This document shows, piece by piece, positions 11,283 to 25,500 of a stretch of 64,000 nucleotides of DNA. Positions within the stretch are counted from its first letter, which is position 1. Each line of letters opens with the position of its first letter. Source of the stretch: Antedon mediterranea (taxonomy: Eukaryota; Animalia; Echinodermata); contig NC_092671.1 in assembly GCF_964355755.1 (NCBI RefSeq), positions 15,252,001 to 15,316,000 of the forward strand, given 5' to 3'. A program made the position numbers and the translations under genes. The notes under the pieces are model-generated. The model was given only the letters and a program-made list of their open reading frames with translations, ran no database searches and was not told where the DNA came from.

Positions 11283-14200
11283 ATGACGCAGTTATTATGT
11301 TTCAAAACGAGTAAAAGCACACCAAAACAAAAGATGTTGAACCAGTTATTTGGAGCACTTATATTGGGTGTTGTCTCTCTGGCGATATTCTGTTCCACTA
11401 TACATCTGAGAGGGTACCCGCCAAAGATTAAACAAGCCTCGAGGAAACAGGGACATCGCACCAAGCTTCGATTGTCAAATTACATAACTGCAGAAAAATG
11501 GGGAATGATCAACAAGTAGGTTTTAAACAGATTATGAAGGTGTCGAAGAGCGTGATGTTATGACGAAGTGGTGACAGTAATAGATGACAATGAATGGGAT
11601 TTGGAGAATGAAGATGGTTATTGTTTTTTAGTCAATTTTTATCTATTTTTTGTCTAATTTTGTTGATGAAATTATGATGACGTGTGTAAAGAATGATAGG
11701 CGTAATCCTCATCATCAGAACCATTTTCATTACCTTATAAGTTGACAACGAATCGGGGATGAGGAGAATAAAGACGGTTATTGATATTTTACCATTCTTT
11801 TTTCTAATTGTGTTGTTATGGTAATTGTAATGACGAGGAGAAAGATGCGTTAGAATAATCATCTTTCACCTCGACATCACAATAATCATCTTTATTCTCC
11901 TCATATAAGATGACAACGAATGGGATGAGACGAATGAAGATGGGTTTTGTGATGATGAAAATGATTACGGATAATCGGGAATAATAGAATTATAGGAAAT
12001 AGGAAAGCAAGAGGGACAGACGACAGCGGTGTTGAAGACACGAGAAATATTGAGGATAAGAGTAGATTGTGGTGATAAATATAAGAAAGCATGAGGAGGA
12101 AAAAGCACAAAATGCAATATACATGACGATAACGTTGGTGACCATAATGCATGAGATTAAAATAGTGAAGATAATATCAATAACATCAAATATCGTCATC
12201 ATACATGATGACGATATTTGATGACTTGGGTTTTGCTAAAGCCACTATGAGTTGTTTTTACTATAGGCCCCATCTTTGCCAAGATGTTTGAGTCATTCCT
12301 TACTGATTGGGTGACTAGTGACATTCATCAACATTTAGATATTAAACAATTTGGTTGCCGTAAAGGCTCATCTACTAGCCATTATCTTGTGGACATGATT
12401 CAGTCTGTAATTAGAGATATTGAAAAAGGTGATTCTTTTGTGGATATTTGTGCCGTTGATTTTACGAAGGCCTTCGACCGAATTGACCATACGGCCATTG
12501 TTAGAAAGCTAGTCGACATCGGAGTGAGAACACCTATTATTCCCACCATCTGTAGCTTTCTGACGGATCGTAAAATAAATACTAAACTTAGTTCATCCTT
12601 TTCCCCTTATGCCAACATCACATGTGGGATTCCACAGGGTACAAAGCTTGGGCCAATTTTGTTTCTTATATTAGTCAATGATATCTCTATGGAAGGCTGC
12701 AGATGGTGGAAGTACGTTGATGATCTCACTCTTGGTGACACTGTTAAACATGGTAATGCCCCTAAACTTCAATCTTGTCTTGATGACTTTACTGAGTGGT
12801 GTGATACAAATCACATGGTCCCTAAACCCTCTAAGTGTCATATCATGAGAGTTAATTTTTTGAAAAGAAATATTCCCCCTCCTAATTATTACCTTAGCGG
12901 TACAACACTTAATGTTGTTTCGTGTATGAAGCTCCTTGGACTTATAATCCAGGATGACTTGAAATGGGATAATAATGTCAGTGACATGGTAAAAAGAGCA
13001 TCCAAAAGGTTGTATACGTTATATATCCTTAGAAGGGCCAATGTACCAGTTCATGATATGATATCCGTTTATGTTTGTTATATTCGCCCAATCTTAGAAT
13101 ACGCCTGCCCTGTGTGGCATGGAAGAATCAATAAGGCCCAAATATCGACCATTGAAAGAGTGCAAAAGAGAGTTTTACGTATTATTCTGGGTCCCGCTTT
13201 CCTTACGTATGATTCAGCTCTTGAGCTTACTGATATGACCACTCTCGCATCCAGACGAGAGACGTTGATTCAAAAATTTGGAGAAAGGCTCTTGAAATCG
13301 GAATTGTACAGAACTATTTTGATAAACCATGATAGATAAACCCCTAATTAATATACCTGTTTGCAGAACTAACCGTCTTAAGACTTCGCCTGCCCTTACC
13401 ATAAGTAGAATCCTTAATTTAAACAGTACCTGATCACGCTAAAGATGGCTATGTTATAAATATTTACATAGGCCTATGCATTTGTATATAAATTTTGTAA
13501 TCTTTTTAACATAACATAATTTTATTTTTTTAACTGATTTTTTCAAATTTTTTAATGTTTTGTATAAATTTTTGTATTTTTTTTAATGTTTCTGTTTCCA
13601 TATATTTATATATATATTTTTGTAAATCAACAATTTCAGCCTTCGGGCTGCATGTTTTTTATTGTATAAACCTGAATAAATAAAAAAAAATAAATAAATA
13701 ATAATGTTTATTTTTTGCAGAACGATATACTCGGCTTACACAAAAAATAAAAGATGTTTCTTTCTTTGTGAACCGTAAGACTTTCATACTTTCATTTTTT
13801 AACGTGTAATAGGCAAAGTATTCAATTCCGTCGGGTTTAAATCGTTTTAACATTAGTAGCCAATTGGTCAATTCGCTTGCGTTGCGACCTAATTTTTCTA
13901 ATAAACACTCGGCGGGATGCTCAAACTATACAGATATACATATGTTGCATTTTTTTTAAAGATAATTTGTTGCATTATTTGTATTTACGTAGGAATGATA
14001 ACACAAACTGCTATGATGCTGAAGAAACGATCCTAGTGTACAAAGACGACGTAAAAGCAAGAGACATGCGTTTTATGCAGGAAATTCGACCGCGTTTAAA
14101 CCAGCGAACATACCTGGAGGAACAGGCATACGGCTCTCTTGACGGAGTACATTGTAATATCAGTATTTATTATCCACACCTTACTACAATACCACAGAGC

Positions 14201-15298
14201 AAAACATGCGCTATAGTTGGGGCAAGCGGGCAACTAATCAATAGCGGTTGTGGTCCACAGATTGACTCTCATGATTTTGTTATTAGGGGCAATCTGGCAC
14301 CCATTGCCAACTACACAAACGATGTTGGCAATAAAGTAAACGTAACTGGGATTAACTTTAAGAAGTTGGAAACGATTTATCAGAATCTGATGAACAAAGA
14401 GGTAAAAGATCCTGACCATAAGGCTACGATAGAGAACATTCGCTATTTGAACGACAGCATACTGTGGTTTACTAAAGCAACGACGGCCCGACATGCTGCG
14501 GAAAAGTTAAAAGAAGTCTCTGCATTGTTAAAGAACTATTATAATTTGCCGATACACATGGCATATATAATGCGATCGGCGTCGGTTGAAAGGTAAGTAA
14601 CAACAAGTATTATTTTTATACCCAAATCAACTGTACTATTAAACGATCGTGAAATTATGTGTACCATCGCACTCACAAACGTCCATATTCCATTGCAACT
14701 ACCGAAAACTGAAAGTAAGAACTGACCCGCAAAAGAAAGAATATTGCTGATATTGTCAGAGGAGATTCAGTCGATGGAAAGAATGGATGTGACCCAATAT
14801 TTTCAAATCTAACGAACATCATTTGGCCTATTTATGTTTGCATAGTTAATCATGGTCTTACAAAAAAATAATTATTTTGCTAAAATTATTTTTTATTGCA
14901 GGCGTTACCATTTGAAGCCGGGAAAATACGCAAGTACCGGAATGAACATATTTTCTTTCGCTAGAACGTTTTGTAAAAATATAACTTTATACGGGTTTTA
15001 CCCTTTTGACGAAAACCACCATAGCACACCGATATGGCGACATTATTTTGAGAATGCGACGTTTGATTTCCAAGGCAAACAACACGATATGGTCCACGAA
15101 TTCACAAAACTAACTGCAATGCATTTACGTGGAGATGTGACAATGGTAACAGATAAATGCAGTGCTGTGAATATAACAAAACAAACCAGGCATATCCACG
15201 TTCCAAAATCGTTCAATAAAACAATTTTAGAAAGAGAACTTGAATTAACAGTTGGGAAAATAGAAATGAAATCACTGATAGAAAAATATATCAATTAG
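11283..15298 (+). CDS. Alpha-2,8-sialyltransferase-like (GT29, ST8Sia family), exons 11283-11515, 13993-14592, 14902-15298, about 409 aa
   Basis: N-terminal TM (LFGALILGVVSLAIFC), sialylmotif L (KTCAIVGASGQLINSGCGPQIDSHDFVIRGNLAP..DVG), S (ASTGMNIFSFARTFCKNITLYGFYPF), III (HYFE), VS (HDMVHE) and C-terminal TDKC. Phase-2 GT-AG junctions are all in frame. Confidence 0.9.
11520..12225. repeat. Degenerate low-complexity GAT/AAT/GAG-rich tract at the start of ST8Sia intron 1
   Basis: Cryptic trinucleotide-like composition (atgatgacg, gaggagaa, aataatcatc) without a stable period. Confidence 0.45.
12265..13705 (+). mobile_element. 5'-truncated non-LTR retrotransposon (CR1/L2 group, Daphne/Crack-like) with RT ORF 12284-13339
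   Basis: RT motifs QFGCRKGSST, DFTKAFDRIDH, GIPQGTKLGPILF, YVDD, IRPILEYACPVWH. The 3' hairpin ttcagccttcgggctgc is followed by an AATAAA/(TAAA)n tail. Confidence 0.92.
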
Positions 15299-16934
15299 GG
15301 TATTCAAATAAAAGAAAAATGGAGTTAACGGAAATTAAACAGTAACATTTATATAGTAAATCAATTGTACCAAATGGATACAGTACCGTCTTTTTCTCTG
15401 AAATGTACGTTACGGTATAAATCAAAATTTCTGACATTTTAAGACCGATGTTTCAATGGTATTTTAATAGTTTTTGTTTCTATATACAACAAATTGAATT
15501 GAGTTTTTGCTCTGTTTTATGTTAATCTGGCCACTGAAAAGATAACTACAGTGGGTAACTTTAAATGTTCATGTATAGTGATTCTAGTACAGTATACTTT
15601 TATACATATTTTGTATGTTTTAAAATAAATTCTTTGTTGTTTAGTTTCTTTGTTTTTATAGTATTGTTTGACTAGTCATTGGAATGGGAAATAGTATAAA
15701 ACAAATAACAGTATAAAAGCATAATATTTAATGGTACTATTTATTCTATAGTTAAAGAATTCCTGTACATTTAAACAATTTATTTACAAACAATATTTCA
15801 AATAAAGCTGTGGAATAAAATTTGTTCAAGGTGTATTTGGACGAATAAAATAAAATATATTTTAGCTATCAAAAATAAAAGTAATAATACTTTTAAGACA
15901 ATTTTAACATGATTAATCTGTACACAAATATGATAGTAAATTACTCAAAATGAGATAATTATTTACAGATGGTTAATAACTTATCACTTCACAAACGTAT
16001 ACGTTATCTCTCTATGTTGAAACATGGTGATCTTAAAGGATACAAAAGTTTGTGGTTTCATCCACCATCAAATAAAAAAAGTCAACTTCCATTGCGAGAA
16101 AGTAAGTCTTCAAAATTAACCTTCATCTTTAAGAATAATTTCAGTTTTTAGAATTATTCTCACCTTGCGATGCTTTTAAATTTATTGGCTAATGGCCAGT
16201 TTGGTCTCTGACTTTTATATTTCATTACAAATCTTGTCAATAATCATCAGATAAGCTATGAACTCAACAATGACCCTTCCACCAGCAGGAATACAGTAGT
16301 TAATGTATGGCAGTTCCTTCAACACACCTACGATGTTATCAATTTATAAGTATAACATATAACAGAAGTTTTCTGAAGAAAAAGATAATGAAATACTGGG
16401 TTACACATTGAAAATATATACTACATTTGTTTTAAAGTTTTACACATTGAATTGGCTGAATTTGTTACATGAATGTATTGACCTAGTTTCTGTTTAACCT
16501 TTTGCTAAAACGTAAACGTATTGTAGTTAAAATTGGAAGTTTACCAATTTGAAATATACTGTATGCAAGTACTTGTTCAATCGCATGCACAGGAAAAATA
16601 AAATTGATTAGTGTTCTAAAAGAATTGAAAGATCTTTATTGCAAATAGAATTAAAAAAATACTTTTTTAACTATTGTGTTTGTCAAGAATAACTTAATAT
16701 ATGAATTTCATTTAAAACTATTAAATATTTTCAAACTCAGAAAAGTGATGTACAATTCGCAGGTACAATTTGTTATCTTAGTAGTACTTTAAATGGCAAT
16801 TATCATTTAAGTGTTAACAGGGTCAAAGACAATGTACAGAAGGTTATATTAAATATAGATATGTTTTAACAGACAATAGTTTTAAATTAAATTCTACTTG
16901 CAGAATCTGTCATCGAATGTTCCTTACTTTCATT

Positions 16935-19492
16935 TCACATTTTTACAGAGAGTCCCTCAGGTGTCATGTTGCGTGTAGAAGATTGAGACACAGATCTCGT
17001 CGTTATTCTAGTCACATGACCTGGTGTTGACGGTCTTGGCTCTGTGATGTCATGATCACTGTAAGGTGATTGTAATACAGAGTGTCGTAGTGAAGACCCT
17101 GGTGGCGTTTGAGGCGGTGATGGATAGCTCATAGCTTTTGAATGCGCTGAAATATTGAACAAATTATTTATTACTAATTTTAAAATCTAGAAAATTCATT
17201 ATTAACAGAGTTATGCCTACAGTTGTATAACTCAGTCATAAACTAACATTTTGTAAAGATTCAGTCCTTATAATTATACAGCACATCGTAAAAAAAAAGG
17301 AATATTTAAGACTCCTAGAGGAAGTAAATTCAAAATCTTATGAACAGACCTAAACTACTACTGATAAGAGAAGAGCTTAGGTGACAAACAAAATAGAAAA
17401 GTGCAGTGTCCTCCATAATCTATTTTATGGTTGTAGGTCACTGGATATAGGTTGTCTTTTTACAAGGGTTATTAGTATAGTGTATGCTTTTCTCAAATTC
17501 AATAGCTTTGAAACCATGTGATGGGTTGAAATGACACTTTTCTGTTGCAGAGTAACAATATGCCTCTTGTAGAAAATTTTATCTAAATTAACTGCGTAAT
17601 TAAAGTATGAGGGTGTTGCTATAATTAATCATTATTAGCCAATAAATTGCATGAATGCTGTGGGTCTATTGCATTTCCAGTAAACTTAATAACTTTGTTT
17701 GGTTCTAGTTGATACCATACTTATTTACCAGAAAAAATAATTATTAAAAATTAAATTAAAAGTATTTAATCCATTCTCACCTTGATAAGACCCCACAGTT
17801 ATCGGCCTATCTTGCTCATCTTCACTCTCTTCGGTAATTGGCTGTTGCCGCTCATCAGATGGTACTTTAATTGGTGGAAGAGGTTGAACCGGAGACAGTC
17901 GATTATTGCTGGTTGCCGGTGGAATAATGGACCTTGATTCAGGGATGGAAACTTTCTTTTGATCGCTTGATACTGTAAGATTTTTTTTTTAAGTGTGAGA
18001 ACTGCGACAAAAATAATATGTAAAGAAGTACACAATATCGGGTAGATCAGTTAAGATTAATTGGAGCTGTAGCTTGGTGGTCAATGTGCTTGGCTTCCAA
18101 TCCTAGGGTTTAGGGTTCAATCCTGACCTAGTGCCAGGGTTGTAACTCATGACTCTTTCAACTCCACTCCCTATGCCTCAAATGAGACTTAGCTTTTAAG
18201 CACAATAAATAAAACAGTTTATCCATCCTGTAATTGGCGAGTTGCTCGCTGTTAGATACGAATAAAATAAAAAAGTGCCTTACCTCCAGTAGAATGAGGC
18301 CTACTCTGCTTCAACTCTCCTGTCTGAGACATTGCAAGCCGTGGCACACTCACATAGGACCGAACGCTACTATTAGCAGCATTGATTAAACGATCATTGC
18401 TTAAAAGTGATTTCGTAGCCGCACTAAAAACAATAGAAAAGAATAAAAAGTAAAGAATGAATAAAATATTTATTCAGATTTTATTAAAGAGATAATGAGT
18501 TTGGATTTGAATTGGTTGCTAATTGAAAAATAATTACCTAACAATGTTTTGACCAATCAACAGCCTATTAACATCCAGCTCCAACAACTTAGGTGTATGT
18601 AGTAAAGACAGACTATTAGTAACATCACCATTGTTAGCAGTAGGTCTTGGAACAGATGATGTCATGGCCCACATGGGCTGCTGTGTGTTACCCAACAAGG
18701 TCACAGTTTCTCCCTTCACCGCCACATCTTTACTGCCTACAGGTACTGCTACATCATTTGAGATTTTAGTGGCAAATTCACCTCCCTTAAAAACATAACA
18801 TAATGGCAAGTGTTACATTTATAATTGAACGTTATAATTAAATATTAAAACTCAGTCTCAAAAGAAAGAAATGTTTAGTTGATGATTTTTTATTGAGTTG
18901 ATATGTTTTATTTTATATTTCTTATTTTTATGTAACAACTAAATACAGTAGAACTCTAATAAGGGGTTTTGTAATTGGAAAATTATTTCCATTTATTTTT
19001 ATTTGCATATAGAATATACATAGAAATTATGCTTGCTCTGAGATATACAAAAACAAATCAATTTCATGGTACACACATCTTCTTATACAAATATATAGTT
19101 CAATTACGAAAGACCAAACTAAGTCAATAGAAAGAGTTCAAAAAAGAGCTCTACGAATCATTTATGGCATGAACTATGTATCCTACGAGTCTGCTCTTAA
19201 ATTGTCAGACCTTCCATCGCTAGTTAACAGAAGAGTCCAACTCTTACTGAAATTTGGTAAAGGAATAATAAAGTCCGATACATTTAGAAGCATTCTTCCA
19301 CCTGTTCGTGACATTAGCAGAACCCTGAGGTCTGCGAGTAAGCCTCTACTCAAAATCCCGTTTGGTCGTACAGAAAGATTTAGATCTTCACCAGTCCCTT
19401 TTTTAGTCCGACTCATTAATGATGAATATTGAATAGGCTGGCACTATTTTAACTTACAGGTGGACCAATTTTAATGTGGTAAATTATTATTA

Positions 19493-19525
<33 letters not shown>

Positions 19526-22500
19526 AGTTTTACCTTTTATACATAATGTATTTATATATTTTTATCAAATTTTGTAAAATACTACTTTTCAGCCTTTTGG
19601 CTGCCGTTGTATTTTGATGTCTTTTTATGAATAAATATACCTAAATGAATATATTTGTGAGCATATACGGCAAAGCAAATATTTGATTACCAATTCTCTT
19701 ACCTGTGATGGAGGTCTGGCCGACTTCATGCGGTGGAATGAAGCTGGGGTCGGAGCAGGAGCAAAGTTAAAAGGAGTGCTGTTCCGTGGTGTTATAGTTC
19801 TGTTGGAAGTCAATCTCTCGTGGCTTCTGATACTTGAAGATCTTTGGGGGTACGACGGAATCCAACCTCTATATTAAATAAATATAAGTTACAGTTACAA
19901 TATGATGTATTATAATGTGCAATAAAGTATAAACTTGTGATAAATGTGATGTGTCCATATATGGGTACAGTGATGTCATATCACTACCATATTTGGGCAC
20001 ATCACACAAGTTTGAGAGTGTAAACAGAGCTTCAAGTAAAGTATGTGCTTGAATCCAAGAAATTTGCCCAACGACATCTCTACAAGTAGTCTTACCTTCC
20101 TTTCCATGATAATATTGGTTTGATCATAAATATACCAGATTCTTCCTCTATCATACTTAATGTTTCCATCAACAGGTTTGCAAGCATTTGCCTTTCCTCT
20201 GCTAGCTTATCCATGTCATCACCCCATCGTTGAGCTCTCTTTAAATATAAAACAATGTTAATGTTACAACATTTTACTTTATAGATTAGAAACAGAGCAA
20301 AAACCTATGGAACGCAACCTCCACTACCCAAATTGTCCAAGTTTCTGAGAAATGTGATTATAGATAACCAAATAATGCTTGATTTTTAAAGCTCTGTCTA
20401 CACTATCAAACTAGTTTGACAAAAAAGTGTGATGTGCCCAAATATGGTCGTGATATGACATTATCATCATGTCAGTGGCGTATCCAGTAGGGGGGCCCGG
20501 GCCCCCCTGATTTCGTTTCCGTCGGCACATCATCGCGGCCGTCGGCAAACAAAGGTGCCGGGAAAAAAATAAACTATTTATTCTGACAATAATTGAACTG
20601 TAAACATAATTCTTTTGAGTGTTTGTTTATTTACATATCATATCATCATTGATCCCTTCAGATCAACTTTTTTCATTTTTCATTTCATTACATCTAACGA
20701 AACACGTAAAAAATGTGTAGCACGTACGTACGGCCGTACGCGGTAGATTGTTTACTCAAAAGTCTTTGACCTTACCCTAAAACCTTGTTTTTGCATGCAG
20801 TTGAGCCTCTCATGACCTGGGATTTGTATGTCTTCCTACGCTAAGAGATTATATAGTTCCACATGCCATGTGCTTTTTTGTCTAAGATATATTTATTATA
20901 AGTGACAAAAACCCGGTTTTTTTTTCTCGATATGAGGCCTTTATTATTCAAAATTTTTAAAGAAAAAGCACATATACCATAAAAAATATCCATGTAGGCC
21001 CTATTTCATTTTTGGAACAGAATATTCCGTGAGGCTCAACTACAAAACCACCATTTTGTGATATGATGTCATCGTAAGCCAATCAAAGCTGAGCTTTCTC
21101 GCGATTGGCATTGCTCACGGTTGGATGATTTAGGATTCTAGCTGATTTGATTGGTGGATGCGAATCACCCGCAGCGGAATGTTTTCTCTCGCGCGTGTAC
21201 CATGAATCTCTCTGATCGTTACTACACAAAGTTAGAGCAATGAATTTGTCCGAATTCCGTTAAGTAAACAACTTTATATATTTTATAAGCATTTAATAAC
21301 ATGTTTTATTGATATTTCCAATGGTGATATATAAAATAAATTACTAAAAAACGTAATTATATGTAATTATTTTAACCAAAAATGGCGTAGTTAATAGAAT
21401 TGTCGACTGAGGCTGCAAATTGTTTTACTTCTTTCGTGGCTAAAAACGATCATTTTCGGCGATGTTTTAGACCCTATATTTCGAAAACTACAAATCAGAT
21501 TTTCCTAATTCTTTCTTTATTGTAATATGAATACAACATACTAACAGATAATGTTGGTTTGGTTTTAATTTTGCATCATTATCCCATATAAGACAATATG
21601 ACTATGTAATCCTAGAACATATATTGATCAGAGACGTCGTGTATGTACAGATAATGACACCAATTTTGTCGGCAAATTGGCAATTCCCGGCCCCCCCAAT
21701 TTCAAAATCCTGGATACGCCACTGCATCATGTCCATATATGGGCACGTCATTTTTTGTCACATAAAGTTTGATAGTGTAGACATAGCTTAAGGCTTCCAT
21801 TTTATCTAGTACAATATTGTTTATACATAACAAAGATATAATAAGCATATTTTATTAATTTATTTATACACAGGCAATCATAAAATAAATAAGTGGGTTT
21901 ATACAATAATTTACTTTGCTTTGAAGAGCTTCCATTCTCTCTAAAAGCTTGAAAACTTCATCATCAAGTCCACCGCTATTTCGAACATTAGCTGAAAATA
22001 AACACACAAAAAATGCAAATTACAACAATAAAGTAATGGTATCTTACAATATGGTATATAATAGGGAGTTTTCGATTTGCGACGACCAACCTAGGTCAGG
22101 TCAATTGATGTGTGCTCAGTTGCTGCCATCAAACCTGTGTCAAGGTGAGGAGTGTGGAAACATGTTCCATTATCTCCACATGCGCACAATGAACTAACAT
22201 GACGTTTGATCATCGGTCATCAAAAATCAAAATCTTCCTACTGTAAGAAATTATGATAATTGTACCTTCAATAGCCTTCATGTTTGTATGATGTGTGTAC
22301 TTTTTAACAAGATTCTCCAGCCGTTGTTTTGGGATCTTTACATATTCATCCATTGTACGCACAACTTCATTGTATCTTTCAGCTGATATCTGTTTACATA
22401 CAGACAAATATCATAAATTGAAAAAATAAATACATTTTGAGCTAAATCTTTTCTTTCATTTTATGAATTAGCTGAAATGTGAAAATGTATTCTGTATGTA

Positions 22501-25500
22501 TTGTTTAAAACAGGAATTTATGTACTTTAAAAAAAGTAAAATTCTTTCAAATGCATTCTAAATATCAACTTTAGGAGAAAAAGTATTGATCTGAGCAATT
22601 GGATATATCAATGTTTAGGGATTTTATGAGTAATATTGTATTTTGCATTTGTTTGTTTTTTAATAGAACAAATATTGTCAGTATGTTGCATTTCAGAGTA
22701 CTGTATATTAATTTGTTATCAGCTCACCCTGTCACTACGCACAGCCCGTTTGAGATTCTTTTGATTTCGTTCAAAATCAAGGCGAGAGAAGATGATAGTT
22801 TGCTCGATATCATAAAGAGAAGCTCTGGACACTGGTTTAGATGAACCATTCAATGCACCTAGTTCACGCTGTAGCTCCTGAATCATATCTTGCATTTCCA
22901 TCATCACAACAGTATTATGACTGAAATATAAAAATGAAATATTCATTGTTACATTCTAAATTTTTCAATGTCTTCCATTTTACTGTGTCTACAATACTCA
23001 CTATGTATGTGTAATAATCATCAGTGAGTTTTCCTAATCACATAAAAAAACAGGATTTCATTTTAAAATATCTCCTTAATCTACTCAGTTATTTCTTTTA
23101 AATAATATTTTCATTAATCCAAGGTTTAAGCATTTTTTTGGCCACTATTATACAAATTAACAAAAATAGTTTTACACATCGGTCTTCGCTAATTGAATAC
23201 TTACTTTAGTTTCTCTTCATATTCTTCTCTTTGTTTTTGACTGTCTTTCTTCCTATAAATAATCACAATCAATTTACTAATTTAATTAATCATTGAGGTT
23301 TGATTGTAAATTGTCAACTCCTATTTAGTGGACATTTTGCTGTGAAACAAATGAGGAGGAATATGTTTCAACAATACGGTCAACATCTATTCAGGGGATA
23401 CATCTTGTAACAAGTAATTTTGTTGGGTTCTGAAGGTTTCCTCTTAATAGGAGTTCTACTATATTTGAACAATAATAAAAAAAACAATAAAACAGAACAA
23501 AGCGCAGATATATAACAAAGCAGAAATTCTTCACGCACATGTTATCAACTCCAAAGACTTTTGAGTATTATATGAACCCCTATTAGGACATGATTGAATT
23601 CACTTTTGGTAATAGAGAGGTTTCGCAATCTTACGAATACGATAACGGATACGTCACGCACACGTATTCGTTTTCGTAAGTCATAAAAAGTCTGTTTCGC
23701 AAGGCAACGAAATATTGAGGCGCGTCCAAAATATGACTGCGGTAAATTTGAGCGAAGCGCAGGTAGGCCTACGTGTTGCTTGGTGCTTGGCTGCCTAGGC
23801 CTAGCGTAACATCAAAGCGAGTGAGGACTTTAAAAACTGCTATTTATCAAAATTGACTTGGCATTTTAGTAAATTATTTTAGTAAATTACTTTCAATAAA
23901 TCTATAATTATATTATAATCATGAATCATTCCTGATTCAAATGCAAAATGTGCAAAATAGATCAAAAACTATACTCGTTTTGTAGTTATGAATATGACTG
24001 GTGATATTCGTCAACACGAATACGCTTTACGAATATGAAATGGGGATCAGCTCAAAAGTTTCACAAATGTATGACGTATCCGTTTTCGTTATCGTATTAG
24101 TAAGGTTGCGAAACCTCCCTAATTGCTAATTATACCTAAAAACTTTACTTACAGCTGTTCATTTTCGAGTTGCAGTTCTTTGGCATGGTCACCATCTATT
24201 GTGGTTGCCATACTGGGCTCCCTCTCTATATTCAACATGCTTCTTTCTCGATCCATACTGGTGGATTTGGATGACTTTGATGGTAAAATAGATCTGAAAG
24301 TATCACCTCTTGACAGAAGAGAAGACACAGCAGGCTCCTATTGAGTACAATAAATAAAATGCTAAACTAAAAATAACTTATTAAATCAATGTTATAAACA
24401 GTGTAACTGTGCCATAAAAATAAACAATTGAACTAAATGTTTTACTTACATATGGTGAGTGAAATACAGCATTAATAATGTAAGTAGCTTCTTTTAAGAC
24501 TATAAAAAAAAATTATTTATATGATAAACATCTTGAGACAAGGAGACCTTGTATATTAATTATACAATTGATTGTGTGTATATTAACACAAGTATGTACT
24601 TTCAATAAAAGAAAAATAACATGTACTTACAGTGATGTGTATTTAATGTCATCTCTTCAATCTGATTTTGAATGTTCTTTTCATCTGAAAATGGCATCAT
24701 TTTTAAATCAGATAACTGTTCTGATGCTGACATCATTTCTGTAATACAAATAAGATTAAATAAATCAATTCAAGCCAAACAAAAAACAAATATTTACTAA
24801 GTAACACAAAGAGTATTATTAAATCTTTCTTTTAGCACCACAGTATAAACTCTTCTTTGGGAAATCCCTCTTTATAAGACAACACTGTTAAAATTGGGGA
24901 CACTTTCCTGTGAAACAAACATGAGGAATATATTTAAGCACTATTGCCAACGCCTATTCAGGGGATACACATATTATTGAGGAGATTTTGTTGGGTCCTG
25001 AAGGTATCCCCTTAATAGGAATTCTACTGTACTTTTGATACAAATTAATGTTTTCAAACATACAGTATTCTGAAAACTGCTCATTAGACCCTGTCTACTC
25101 TATCAAAATTTAAAAATGTGATGTGCCCATATATGGACACGATGATGTCATATCACTACCATATTTGGGCACACTTTTTTTTGTCAAACTAGTCTGATAG
25201 TGTAGAAAGAGCTTTAGACTAGTGTCTGGTTTTGGTTGAGTTGAAAGCATTGGAAGTACAAACCTTTATCTGAAAATAGCTGTATCAATGAATCTTTGAA
25301 TTCATTTATGAAATCATACGTCTTCAAATAATCAGAAATTACAGGATTCTCCTTAGCTGCCAATGACAACCTAGCAATATTACAAATTAATTGATTCATA
25401 ATATAATTATTTGTTATGATATTTTAAATATATTTATTCATCATTTATCACATAATCATGTCAGTGAGAATACTGTAGTATGTAGGCCTGCAGTGTTTAA

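Noticed and set aside
14234-15294. Minus-strand ORFs of 86 and 83 aa
   Set aside because: They are antisense shadows of the sialyltransferase exons.
18062-18135. tRNA gene
   Set aside because: A/B boxes are present but the cloverleaf is poor, and the sequence continues into a repeated SINE body and A-rich tail.
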